From assembly GCA_043797665.1 (NCBI GenBank), contig JAZDPL010000029.1, positions 1 to 40,712 of the forward strand: a stretch of 40,712 nucleotides of DNA, read 5' to 3'. Positions within the stretch are counted from its first letter, which is position 1. Each line of letters begins with the position of its first letter. Below the pieces are notes generated by a model that made no database searches, had not been told where the DNA came from, and saw only the letters and a program-made list of their open reading frames with translations. Made by a program: the position numbers and the translations under genes. Below, piece after piece: positions 1 to 9,259 of the stretch. Origin of the DNA: Candidatus Omnitrophota bacterium (GTDB lineage: Bacteria > Ratteibacteria > UBA8468 > MWAK01).

Positions 1-859
1 TTTTGTCTTTTAGACGGGCAAGGAAATCCTGATAAGCGGCATTGAATTTAGTCCGGAAGAGTTGCTGTTTAGCCTTGAGGGCTAAGGAAGCGCGGTCAAA
101 GGTTTCGGGCAGTTTTATTTCTAAGAGTTTAAATACGGTGTAAGAATTGTCTAACATTATGATGTCGGAGATGTCGCCCGGTTTCAGTCTGACAATGGCT
201 TCCCTTACCGCGTCAGAAAGGTTGCGAAAGGGGATAATCCCCAAATCCCGCATCATACCGCTTAAGGTATTCCGGTCATCAGGTATTTCTTTTCTGGTGG
301 CAAAGTGTGCCTCCGCCAGGTGTACTTCCCCTTCTTCCAGAAGCATTTCCGGTTGATGTTGTTGTAAGTAATGGGAGAGTTCCACCGGCGTGACGGTGAC
401 CTTTGCGGTGATTTCCTCCTGGATGAGTTTCCGGACTAAAATCTGGCGTGCAATTCGCTGGCAGACAAAGGAAGGTGTTAAATCTGCCTCCGCCAATTTT
501 TGATAAAAGTCTGCCGGATTCGGGAAGCGGTTTACCGTACGTTCAAATTCTTCCTGGACTTCTTTTTCCGAAACCGACAACTTTTGTCGCTTCGCTTCCA
601 GGAAAAAAAGCCTTTCTTCGACCAGTTTTTCTAAAGCATCTTTCCGGGAGATGCCGGACTGAACGAGTTCTTTGAGGTCTATAGAGATGATTATTTCATT
701 GCCAACCTGGGCCAGGATGGAAACGTCGGCGTAACCCCGTAGCGGCGGAAAGAGGCAGAGAAGAAGGATTAACCAAGGGGTTGTACCAGAATAAAACTGC
801 CTATTTGGAGTCCCATATTTTAGGTTAGTACAAGGCGCCGACACGGGTCCCCTTGTCAT
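1..859 (-). CDS. SurA-like periplasmic chaperone/PPIase (3'-truncated by the window edge; not in ORF track)
   Basis: Manual translation of the minus strand gives ...PWLILLLCLFPPLRGYADVSILAQVGNEIIISIDL...LEKLVEERLFFLEAKRQKLSVSEKEV...FLARLKDK. This is a signal peptide plus SurA-N and parvulin-like parts. The nearest in-frame ATG (859) lies inside the MITE, so the start is uncertain. Confidence 0.75.
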   Translation of the reverse strand, partial: MTRGPVSAPCTNLKYGTPNRQFYSGTTPWLILLLCLFPPLRGYADVSILAQVGNEIIISIDLKELVQSGISRKDALEKLVEERLFFLEAKRQKLSVSEKEVQEEFERTVNRFPNPADFYQKLAEADLTPSFVCQRIARQILVRKLIQEEITAKVTVTPVELSHYLQQHQPEMLLEEGEVHLAEAHFATRKEIPDDRNTLSGMMRDLGIIPFRNLSDAVREAIVRLKPGDISDIIMLDNSYTVFKLLEIKLPETFDRASLALKAKQQLFRTKFNAAYQDFLARLKDK

Positions 860-1080
860 AGGATTGACAAGGGAGGTTCTGTGCCCACTGTGGCACATAA
901 CCGAGGAGCAACGCCGCAATAACCCAAAGATGGGGCTCCCCAAAGGGCCAGGCCGCTTTTGGGCTGCGACTGCGTCGCTCATTGCTTCCGTACCACAGGG
1001 GGTACGCAATCTTCTTCGCTCCTTGTCTCGCTCCAAAATCACCTCTGGCAAATAGGCAGTTTTATTCTGGTACAACCCCT
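776..1080. mobile_element. MITE-like non-autonomous element, 305 bp
   Basis: Perfect 32-bp terminal inverted repeats AGGGGTTGTACCAGAATAAAACTGCCTATTTG (776-807 and 1049-1080), internal hairpins, no transposase, no clear target-site duplication. Confidence 0.8.
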
Positions 1081-1081
1081 A

Positions 1082-1996
1082 CTAAAAACGAATTTTTTCA
1101 ATGGCTTCTCCCATAATCTTAACCCGTGATTTGGCGCGCAGGTTCTTCAGAAAATCTTTATAGTTTTCTTCACCGTATTTACTGGCAAGCATCTTTTTAA
1201 TCAGCGGGACCGCTTCTTTGTAGGCCAGTTGCCGGCTGAGAATTTTCTGTCCCGCTTTTAAAACGTAGAATCCCGCTTCGGTCTGAATGGGGGAACTCAC
1301 CTGGTTGGGGAAGAGTTTAAAAGCCACTTCCTCCAATTGTTTCGGTATTTTTCCTTCCCGGACAAAGCCTAAGTCTCCGCCGGAAGGAGCACTGGGAACC
1401 TGGGAATATTTTCTGGCTAAGTCTTCAAAAATTTCCCCTTCCTTGTAACGGCGGACAATATTTTCTGCTGTTGCCCGCTCGGAGACCAGTATTTCGTAAA
1501 GGTGGATGCTGGCCGGTTGCACAAATTCGCCGGTTTGATTCTGGTAATACCGACGCATCTCTTCCTCGGGGATATTGGGATTTTCCAATATTTCCTTGTG
1601 AACGTATTCCTGGACCAGAATGTCTTTCTTCAACTCCGCCATCCGCCGTTTAAATTCCGGGTCCCGGGCATACCGGCTGAGCCGCGCTTTTTGATAAATC
1701 AGTTCCCGGTCGACCATATCCTGCAAGAACTGGCTGCGGTTGGTGATTACGTAAGGTTGAAAGAATTCCGGGAGTGCGGCGGTCTTTTCCTTAAATTCCG
1801 AAACCCTGATTTTGTACCCGTTAACCACCGCCAGGACCGGGTCGGTTTTCTGGCTCAGGACGGTCGACTTTAAGATTAGACCGATGACCACCAGGATGAT
1901 AATCCCGGCCGTCACGGGGATAATTATCCGGTACTTCCCTCTCCATTGTTTCTTCAGTCTGCCACCCGAAAACCACGCTCCAAACTTTTTAAACAT
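1082..1996 (-). CDS. PrsA/PpiC-type peptidyl-prolyl isomerase (foldase) with N-terminal membrane anchor
   Basis: TM segment, VLAVVNG, parvulin motif FEDLARKYS...GGDLG. Start taken at MFKK (1996) behind an AAAGGAG RBS; the ORF track extends to 2044. Confidence 0.9.
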   Translation of the reverse strand: MFKKFGAWFSGGRLKKQWRGKYRIIIPVTAGIIILVVIGLILKSTVLSQKTDPVLAVVNGYKIRVSEFKEKTAALPEFFQPYVITNRSQFLQDMVDRELIYQKARLSRYARDPEFKRRMAELKKDILVQEYVHKEILENPNIPEEEMRRYYQNQTGEFVQPASIHLYEILVSERATAENIVRRYKEGEIFEDLARKYSQVPSAPSGGDLGFVREGKIPKQLEEVAFKLFPNQVSSPIQTEAGFYVLKAGQKILSRQLAYKEAVPLIKKMLASKYGEENYKDFLKNLRAKSRVKIMGEAIEKIRF

Positions 1997-2028
1997 GTTT
2001 TCTCCTTTACGCAGACTAAAGCCTGCGG

Positions 2029-4176
2029 CTACCGTACTTTCCACTGGACAAACTTGCGAAATTTCCTGCCCCGGTCATAAACCGCGATGACCTTCTTTTC
2101 TGCCAGTATCTCTTTCTCTTCTATTTTACCATTTCCGTCAAAATCTTCCACTACCTGTCCGGTGGAAATGATTCGGAAAAGATTACTGCGCACCGTAATA
2201 AGGTTGCTGATACGGCGGTAGGACAGTTCCTTTTCATCATCTTCGTCCACATAACCGTCCTGGTCGTCATCCTTAAAGTTGCAGCCCCACAACCGGAGTT
2301 TACTTGAGACGTTATTCAGTTTCGGTCCAGACAGACCAATTTCCGAGTAGGGACGGCCATTAATGATTGCGTTTGCTTCATCCAGGGTAAGGAAGGGAAG
2401 GTTGAGTAAGACGGAAATTGGCGCAGTATTGATGTTGATTCGGCCGTAAGCCCATTCTTTGACCGGTTCCGCCACCGTAAAAATATCCTGTGTCTTCAGG
2501 TCCGGGGCCTGCCCCTGCATGCTTGAGGCAGGGGTCTTTTCCTGCCAGAGGTTAATGGTTTGCCATTGACTCATCTGATGGATATAGCCTAATTCACCGA
2601 CCTGGCTGAACGGATTATTTTTAACTACAAAATGGCCGCCCCAGTTCAGGTGGTGTACCTCCAAGCCTGTTTCGGGCAGGAAGAGAAGGTTCTGTTTATT
2701 GGGCGAAGCCGGTCCCGGAAACCAGTCCAGGATTCCCCGCATCCTGGGGTCATTTTTTTGCCTGGTTGCTTTTCCCGGTATATCCGGTCCGTATCTGGTT
2801 GCTTCGATGACGTTGCCGTCGGCGTCAAAAAGAGTCATTTTGGATCCGGCCATAGGAAGTTCTAAAAATTTCCAGTACTGGTCACAGCCGTCCGGAACGG
2901 GTGTATAAACTGGGGTTATGATTATGGGAGGGCAACCGGCCGGGATAATCGTTACAAAAAAAGAGAGCGAATCTCCAATGGTATAGTAACCCCTGGCCGG
3001 TATGACACCGTCGGGTTTAATCGGGACCGAGACAAGGTTACCGACGCTTATCCGCCAGTTACCGATGGGAATGTCTTCTTGATAAGAATTGAAGAGTTCG
3101 ATAAATTCTCCCTTGCTCCACCAGAAAGTGGTTATGGTGCCGGACTGTTTTAGTTCCAAATCGGGTGCGGCTTCAATTTCGTTGAGATAGGGTGTTTCTT
3201 CCAAACCGTAGTAGAAGTTTCCTTTAGCGTCTATTTCTAAACTGGGTACAGTATCCTTGTCCCGAAAATCCTTAATGTTAACCGCTATCTGATAAATCTG
3301 GGCTTCATTGGTGAACCCGCTGCGGCGTAATCCCTCCTCAATTTCCCTCAGGGACGCAAGGTTAAGGTTAATCCGGGCTTCTCCCTTACCGTCAATATTC
3401 TTATCGTAAGAAAAGATGGTGCACAGGTTTTTGATTCCCTGGTAGATTTCCGATCCGATTCCGGAGACCTCTTTCAACTCTTCCAGGGAAAGGAAGGGCC
3501 GGTCATCGTCGTAAGGTTTTTCGTGCCGGAATTCGTCCGGCTCGTTAAAGTTTTCGTTGGATTCGTCAATAATGCCGTTAGCGTTGTTGTCAATACCGTC
3601 CGCGGATAAAGGGTTATCACCGTCATCGTCGTAAGGACTTCCCGGGAACCGGTTGTCTCCGTGACGCCAGAGGCAGATGTTTTCTGCTAATTCCGGACCC
3701 AAACCCGGGAGTTGATGGAGGTTGATTTCGTTCATCTTCCAGCCCTCATTGACACCCTGATGCCCGGAACAGGATATATTGCCGGCAGCGTTGAGATTTA
3801 TTTTTGATGATTCGTCTTCTACCAGAACCGCATACTTTCCGATTATTCGCTCTCCTTTTTTTACCAGAAACCACCGGCTCTCGTTAATACCGTCTTCGTC
3901 ATTATCCACCTCGTCTCCGAGGAAATTTTCGTGCCAGGGTTCTTCATAATGGTCAGACAGAAACTCATTTTTCAGGTCGTCTTTTAGTCGGAGGACCGCT
4001 TCCGCGATGCCTGTTTCTGCCATCTCTTTCGCTTTTACTTCCTGGAGGCTGAAACCGGCAATCTTGGCACCGGTACGGCCTAAAATTAAATAGGTTAAGG
4101 TGGCAACCAGAAAGAGAGCCAACAGACCGACTACCAGGACCAGCGCATCCCCGTCCTTACTTTTCCGAATAAACAT
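2029..4176 (-). CDS. Large GspK/PilX-like minor pseudopilin with helix-hairpin-helix, DxDxDG and lamin-tail-like segments
   Basis: Pilin-like N-terminus GDALVLVV, AETGI, DESSKINLN, RININTA, HhH motifs LPGLG/VSGIG, ITVRSN..RI..TG C-terminus. Confidence 0.75.
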   Translation of the reverse strand: MFIRKSKDGDALVLVVGLLALFLVATLTYLILGRTGAKIAGFSLQEVKAKEMAETGIAEAVLRLKDDLKNEFLSDHYEEPWHENFLGDEVDNDEDGINESRWFLVKKGERIIGKYAVLVEDESSKINLNAAGNISCSGHQGVNEGWKMNEINLHQLPGLGPELAENICLWRHGDNRFPGSPYDDDGDNPLSADGIDNNANGIIDESNENFNEPDEFRHEKPYDDDRPFLSLEELKEVSGIGSEIYQGIKNLCTIFSYDKNIDGKGEARINLNLASLREIEEGLRRSGFTNEAQIYQIAVNIKDFRDKDTVPSLEIDAKGNFYYGLEETPYLNEIEAAPDLELKQSGTITTFWWSKGEFIELFNSYQEDIPIGNWRISVGNLVSVPIKPDGVIPARGYYTIGDSLSFFVTIIPAGCPPIIITPVYTPVPDGCDQYWKFLELPMAGSKMTLFDADGNVIEATRYGPDIPGKATRQKNDPRMRGILDWFPGPASPNKQNLLFLPETGLEVHHLNWGGHFVVKNNPFSQVGELGYIHQMSQWQTINLWQEKTPASSMQGQAPDLKTQDIFTVAEPVKEWAYGRININTAPISVLLNLPFLTLDEANAIINGRPYSEIGLSGPKLNNVSSKLRLWGCNFKDDDQDGYVDEDDEKELSYRRISNLITVRSNLFRIISTGQVVEDFDGNGKIEEKEILAEKKVIAVYDRGRKFRKFVQWKVR

Positions 4177-4188
4177 TTCGTTTCTTTT

Positions 4189-4237
4189 CCCCTCACCTTA
4201 ATCCTCCCCCTCAAGGGGGGAGGGCAAGGGTGGGGGT
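4189..4237. repeat. G/C-run palindromic repeat (CCCCTCACC...CCTCCCCC...GGGGGAGG type)
   Basis: Hairpin CCTCCCCC-TCAAG-GGGGGAGG. A related copy lies at 14860-14918. It encodes the last residues and stop of the GspJ-like gene. Confidence 0.65.
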
Positions 4238-4866
4238 TCATCTTTTAATACGCTGTTTTTCAGTTCAATGAATGCCTCAAAGTCGTCGGCGGGTCTTTTC
4301 CCTTCTTTATTTACCGGAGAAGAGAGCTGAAAATTTACGCGGACCGCTTTGGGAAGGCGGTTCTCTTCAGATGTGTCTTTCCGGGTGTCCCAGGTAGATT
4401 GAAAATCTGTGCCGTCAAAATAAAAGAACTCCATCCGGGTGATTCCAAAAGCGAGCGGTTGGGTTCCTTTCTTGTCCGGTGGACTAAAACTCCTTTTGGT
4501 ACTGTTAATCCGTTCTTCCGAGACGTAAAGGGTTTCTTCCTCTTTGTTGAAGAATATCTCCAACCGGGCAAGGTCGGTTTCTTTTTCGCTGTCCTGAATC
4601 GGGCTGCAGAAGGAGAGGTTATCCGGAAAGCCCAAAAACTCCGGCCGGTTTTTTCCCAAGTCCGTGACCAGAATCGCACCGGAAATGAGCCGGGTCAAAA
4701 AGGCGATAAGGTTACGGGATTCCGTTTGCGAGGAGACGGTTTTTTCTCCTTCAAACCAGATGTTTTTAGCCGGTCGGAGCAAGAGGAGGCTTCCCGCAAT
4801 CAGGACAAGCAGGAGAAAAAGTCCGATAATGAATTCTGCCAGGCTGAAACCGCCCTTCCCCTTCAT
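4198..4866 (-). CDS. GspJ/PilW-like minor pseudopilin
   Basis: Prepilin site GF-SLAE; C-terminal FDG....W...LPKAVRV motif typical of GspJ. Confidence 0.8.
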   Translation of the reverse strand: MKGKGGFSLAEFIIGLFLLLVLIAGSLLLLRPAKNIWFEGEKTVSSQTESRNLIAFLTRLISGAILVTDLGKNRPEFLGFPDNLSFCSPIQDSEKETDLARLEIFFNKEEETLYVSEERINSTKRSFSPPDKKGTQPLAFGITRMEFFYFDGTDFQSTWDTRKDTSEENRLPKAVRVNFQLSSPVNKEGKRPADDFEAFIELKNSVLKDEPPPLPSPLEGED

Positions 4867-5222
4867 TTTTTTACGAATTCGGTTTTAAAATCTTCGTTTC
4901 TTTCCCTACCCTCTTTTTGCCAGAAGACGGTAAGCGTTACCGTATAAAGGTCTTTACTCCCGTTTTTACCTTCAATCTCTGCCTTCCAGCGGAATCCGTC
5001 CGGTTCTTCCCCTGAAAGCAGCGGTGGCGGTAGAGTATCGGTTTCCGAGTAACAGGTTTTGATGCGTGATAATTCCCGTTCCGCGATGGTGGCTGCCCGG
5101 CCGGAAAAATTCGTCTCTCTGACCGCCTGCTGGCCGGACGGGAGAAGAGAGATAATGGAGAGGATACCAATTGCAAAGATGGAAAGGGCGATGACGATTA
5201 TCAGAAGCGAATATCCCCGCAT
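4863..5222 (-). CDS. GspI/PilV-like minor pseudopilin
   Basis: GY-SLLI hydrophobic N-terminus, FRW...LYTVTLTVFW C-terminus, position between GspH- and GspJ-like genes. Confidence 0.75.
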   Translation of the reverse strand: MRGYSLLIIVIALSIFAIGILSIISLLPSGQQAVRETNFSGRAATIAERELSRIKTCYSETDTLPPPLLSGEEPDGFRWKAEIEGKNGSKDLYTVTLTVFWQKEGRERNEDFKTEFVKK

Positions 5223-5298
5223 ATTAATACCCCCTTCCCCATCCGAGGGGAATGGAACCCGCGTCTGCTAACGCAGACACCCCTTTACAAAAGGGGAA

Positions 5299-5751
5299 TT
5301 AAAAATCCGTAATTTTAATTCGGCCGGTAATGCTGTAGATGGTAATTTTTTTCTTCTGTGTTCCCTGCTGGTCCTGGACGACGATGGAACCGGAAACCCC
5401 GGCAAGTCCGCCGTCCGGCCGGAAGATTAAAGGGGAAAGGCTTTTGGATATCTCGCTGATTGTGGTACCCGGCGGCAGTCGTTCTTCTTTACCCCAGACT
5501 TTTTTGGTTGCTGCCTCCTGGATGTAGAGAGTATTGCGGTCCTGGTCTATTACTGTTTGAAACTCCTTCCGGTTTTTGAGCGCCATCTCCCGGGCAAGAA
5601 GGAGGGTCTGTTTAATAGTGGTGCAGGCTTGTTTAATCTCTTTTTCTTTCCGGTGCTGCAGAAATTGGGGTATGGTTCCCCAGAGGAGGCAGGCCGTAAG
5701 AAAGAGACAGATTAGGAATTCTATCAGGGTGAATCCGGTTTTATTTTTCAC
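5299..5751 (-). CDS. GspH/FimT-like minor pilin
   Basis: GF-TLIE, LLAREMAL, IFRPDG, ITGRIKI. Confidence 0.85.
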   Translation of the reverse strand: MKNKTGFTLIEFLICLFLTACLLWGTIPQFLQHRKEKEIKQACTTIKQTLLLAREMALKNRKEFQTVIDQDRNTLYIQEAATKKVWGKEERLPPGTTISEISKSLSPLIFRPDGGLAGVSGSIVVQDQQGTQKKKITIYSITGRIKITDF

Positions 5752-6197
5752 TACCAGTTTCCGATATCGTCGGGGGTAGTTTCGGTTCGGTCCGGGCCGC
5801 CGGAGTAAAGGATAAAAGGAGTGGTGGAGTGCAGGGTCTGGGGATACTGGTAGTAATAGGGTTCGTTCCAGGGGTCAACCAGTTCTCTGTCGCAGAAGTC
5901 TTTCTCTTTAAAGCGAAGGTACGGACCCTTCCACCGGGGGTCTTCATTTTTACTCATCAACATTTTGACCACCGTCCCGGCGGTACCGGAAGAGAGGGGA
6001 TAGTCGCCAAAATCGGTTTCATAGAGGGAAAGGGCCAATTCAATCGCGGCAATGGTAGCCTCTGTTTTTGTGGTCAGACCCCGGGCTCGGGCTTTCGCAG
6101 CGGCCGGCAGTACCAGGGCGGCTAAAACAACGCTGATTGCCAGCACTACCAGAATTTCCATTAAAGAGAATCCCTTACGATGCATGGTATGAGGCAT
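5751..6197 (-). CDS. gspG: GspG-like major pseudopilin
   Basis: GF-SLME, ALSLY..D.G.YP, WKGPYL, DPWNEPYYY, YSGGPD....DDIGNW. Confidence 0.85.
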   Translation of the reverse strand: MPHTMHRKGFSLMEILVVLAISVVLAALVLPAAAKARARGLTTKTEATIAAIELALSLYETDFGDYPLSSGTAGTVVKMLMSKNEDPRWKGPYLRFKEKDFCDRELVDPWNEPYYYQYPQTLHSTTPFILYSGGPDRTETTPDDIGNW

Positions 6198-7444
6198 CAG
6201 CCGGACATGCTCATCGCTAATTTAATCAGAGGCATAAAGAGGGAAACCACGATAAATCCCGTGACGCCGCCCATGCCGACGATGAGGATTGGTTCAATCA
6301 TAGAGGAGAGTGCTTCTACCGCCCGGTCAACTTCTTCTTCGTAAGCATCAGCCACTTTGTCCAGCATCGTGTCCAGCGCGCCGGTCTCTTCTCCCACCGC
6401 CACCATATTGGTGAGCATCGGCGGAAAAACTTTGACTTTAATCATCGGGTTGCTGACGCCGGCTCCTTCGCGGACGTCGTCGTGGACCTTAAGTATCGCG
6501 TCGCTGATCACCTTGTTGGCTATGGTGTCGTGAACGATTTCAAAGGAAGTCAAGATAGGGACACCGCTGGTGATCAAAGTTGCCATCGTTCGGGCAAAAC
6601 GGGCGATGATGGTTTTGTAGATGACCGGGCCAAAGACCGGCGCTCTAACCTTGAACGTATCTATAAGATACCGGGTTTTGGTAATCCGGTAGAGTATCTT
6701 GTACGTAATCACCATAGAGACGATAATGAGGATGCCTAACCAGAGCCGGGTGGTGAGAAATTTACTCAGGAATATGAGGAATCGCGTCGACCCCGGTAAA
6801 CTTCCGGCTTCGAAGTCCGCGAATATTGTGATGAAGACCGGTACTATCTTGAGCATAATAAAAGATACGATGCCGGTGGCGACCACGACGATGACCATAG
6901 GATAAGCCATGGCGGTTCTAATTTTTCCTTTCAGCCGCAGGTCTTTTTCCGCAAATTCTGCCAGGCGGTTTAAAACGGCATCTAAGGCACCGCTCTGTTC
7001 CCCGGCCCGTATCATCGCGATGTAGATTCGCGGAAAACTCTTGGGGTGTCTGCCCATTGCCTGGGAAAGCAGGGCACCCTGTTCCACGTCGTTGACCATA
7101 TTGCCTAACACCGTCGCCGGTGCTCCTTTTTGCTGTTCCCTGAGGGTACGAAGGGCGCGCAGGAGGGGAAGGCCGGCGGCTAAAAGGGTTGCCAACTGCC
7201 GGGTAATCATAGCCAGAACCTTGGTTTTAATAACCGGAGCGCCAAAGGAGAGGCCCTTCTTTTTCGCTGTCTTTTCTACTTTTTGGGTAATCCGGGACTT
7301 TTTTGCCTGAGATTCTGAAATTTCGGAAAGAAAAATGCCCCGTTCCTTCAGGGCGGCGATAGCCCCCTGGAGTCCTTCCGCATCGATGGTACCGCTGAGT
7401 GTTTTTCCCGCTCCGTCAAATCCGCTATACTTGAAAGTCGCCAT
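6197..7444 (-). CDS. pilC: Type IV pilus/T2SS inner-membrane platform protein PilC/GspF
   Basis: RQLATLLAAGLPL, AGEQSGAL, AMAYP, VGEETGALD, IEP. Confidence 0.95.
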   Translation of the reverse strand: MATFKYSGFDGAGKTLSGTIDAEGLQGAIAALKERGIFLSEISESQAKKSRITQKVEKTAKKKGLSFGAPVIKTKVLAMITRQLATLLAAGLPLLRALRTLREQQKGAPATVLGNMVNDVEQGALLSQAMGRHPKSFPRIYIAMIRAGEQSGALDAVLNRLAEFAEKDLRLKGKIRTAMAYPMVIVVVATGIVSFIMLKIVPVFITIFADFEAGSLPGSTRFLIFLSKFLTTRLWLGILIIVSMVITYKILYRITKTRYLIDTFKVRAPVFGPVIYKTIIARFARTMATLITSGVPILTSFEIVHDTIANKVISDAILKVHDDVREGAGVSNPMIKVKVFPPMLTNMVAVGEETGALDTMLDKVADAYEEEVDRAVEALSSMIEPILIVGMGGVTGFIVVSLFMPLIKLAMSMSG

Positions 7445-7454
7445 ATCTTCTTTT

Positions 7455-7518
7455 TGTCATCCTGAGTGAGCACGAAGGATCTAAGGGATTAGATTCTTCG
7501 CTATCGCTCAGAATGACA
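7455..7518. repeat. Palindromic intergenic repeat (TGTCATCCTGAG...CTCAGAATGACA)
   Basis: Imperfect inverted repeat with inner CGAAGGATCTAA/TTAGATTCTTCG arms. Confidence 0.8.
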
Positions 7519-7534
7519 TACCGCGTGTCATTTT

Positions 7535-9247
7535 TTAGGCGTAGCCGTGAATCTCCGTGCTTACTTCTTCTATGGAGGTGATACCCGCCATAATTTTTTC
7601 CTGGCCGTCAATCGCCATGGTTCTCATTCCTGATTCAACCGCTTTGTGCCGTATTTCCCCGACCGGCACTTTAGCGATTACCATCGACCAGATCTCTTCG
7701 TTAGGGATCAGAACTTCAAATATGGCTATTCTGTCCCTGTATCCCCCCTTGCAGCGCGGACAGCCTGCCGGTTTGAAGAAATTTTTATCCTTTACTTTCT
7801 CCGGGTTTAAACCAATTCCGGTCAGTTCTATTTCCGAGGGTTTGTATTCCTGTTTGCAGAAGGGACAGAGTTTACGTACCAGCCGCTGGCCGATTACACC
7901 GATTATGGTAGATGCGATCAGGAAGGGTTCTATGTTCATATCTATTAACCTGGTAACAGCGCTGGGTGCATCATTGGTGTGAAGGGTAGAGACAACTAAG
8001 TGACCGGTTAAACTCGCCTGGATGGCGATTTCTGCGGTTTCAAAGTCCCTGATTTCTCCGACAAAAATGACGTCCGGGTCCTGACGCAGAATGGAGCGGA
8101 GGCAGGAGGCAAAGGTTAAACCAATCTTTTCCTTAATCGCTACCTGGATGGCGCCGGGCAAAAGGTATTCCACCGGGTCCTCGGTAGTGATTAACTTGAT
8201 ATCCGGCGAATTAACATCTTTGAGCATGGCGTAAAGGGTAGTGGTCTTGCCGCAGCCGGTTGGACCGGTGGCCAGGATGATTCCCTGAGGAGTTTTGGCT
8301 AAATTATTGATAATATTCTGGTCTGAAGAAGCAAGGCCGATATTGCTGAGCCGGAAGTCTATCCTGGTCCGGTCCAGAACCCGGACAGCCATACACTCTC
8401 CGTGCACGGTGGGAATGGTGGACATCCGTAAGTCCACGTCTTTGCCGACCGCCCTGAATTCTAAACGGCCATCCTGGGGGAGCCGTCTTTCCGAGATATC
8501 CATTCCGGACATTATCTTGAACCGGCAGAATAATCCGAAAGCTAATTCTTTTGGAGGATGGACCAAATCATACAGTTTGCCGTCCACCCGGTATCTTACC
8601 CGGAAATCGTTTTCAAACGGTTCCAGATGAAGGTCGCTGGCGTTATCTTTGCATACCTGCAGGATGATTAGATTGTAAAGGCTGGTAACCGGCGGTTGGC
8701 TCGCCAGCTCTTCCATCGTGGTGACATCGGCAGCTTCACCGACGCCCAGAGAGGTGGATTTTGTATCTTCAATCTTGGTCTCGGAAAAATAGTTGATGAG
8801 GTCGCCGATGGACATCGTCTCTTTGCCGTAATACTTTTCGATGGCGGCGTCCAGGGCTACCGGGTCTGCCAGTACCGGTTTAACCTTCCGGCCGATGATA
8901 AAACGGGAATCCTCCTGGACAAACTGGTTTAAGATGTCACTGACCGCGATTACAATCATATCGTTGTCCATTCCCACCGGAAGGACCTGGTAGGTTTTGG
9001 CGATTGCGGCCGGGATAAGACCGATTATCTCCGGTTGGAGTTCAGTTTTGGTGAGGTCAATCGATTCCGTTCCGCTCTGGATGGAGAGGACCCGGCGCAG
9101 TGACTTCTCGTCGGTAAAATGAAGGTCAACCAGGGTTCGGCCCAGAAATTTGCCGGTACGCTGTTGTTCTTCTAACGCTACACGCAACTGGTCGTCGGTA
9201 ACCAGATTCATCTCCCGCAAGAGTTGTCCTAAAAGTTTCCGGGCCAT
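7535..9247 (-). CDS. PilB/GspE-family assembly ATPase (copy 2)
   Basis: MshEN-like N-terminus, RLPQDG, Walker A GPTGCGKTTT, LRQDPD..VGEIRD, TGHLV.STLHTN, CPFC/CPRC. Confidence 0.95.
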   Translation of the reverse strand: MARKLLGQLLREMNLVTDDQLRVALEEQQRTGKFLGRTLVDLHFTDEKSLRRVLSIQSGTESIDLTKTELQPEIIGLIPAAIAKTYQVLPVGMDNDMIVIAVSDILNQFVQEDSRFIIGRKVKPVLADPVALDAAIEKYYGKETMSIGDLINYFSETKIEDTKSTSLGVGEAADVTTMEELASQPPVTSLYNLIILQVCKDNASDLHLEPFENDFRVRYRVDGKLYDLVHPPKELAFGLFCRFKIMSGMDISERRLPQDGRLEFRAVGKDVDLRMSTIPTVHGECMAVRVLDRTRIDFRLSNIGLASSDQNIINNLAKTPQGIILATGPTGCGKTTTLYAMLKDVNSPDIKLITTEDPVEYLLPGAIQVAIKEKIGLTFASCLRSILRQDPDVIFVGEIRDFETAEIAIQASLTGHLVVSTLHTNDAPSAVTRLIDMNIEPFLIASTIIGVIGQRLVRKLCPFCKQEYKPSEIELTGIGLNPEKVKDKNFFKPAGCPRCKGGYRDRIAIFEVLIPNEEIWSMVIAKVPVGEIRHKAVESGMRTMAIDGQEKIMAGITSIEEVSTEIHGYA

Positions 9248-9259
9248 CCTGTTTTCTCC

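Noticed and set aside
864..1055. 63-aa ORF as a transposase remnant
   Set aside because: It lies within the hairpin-rich MITE interior and shows no transposase motif.
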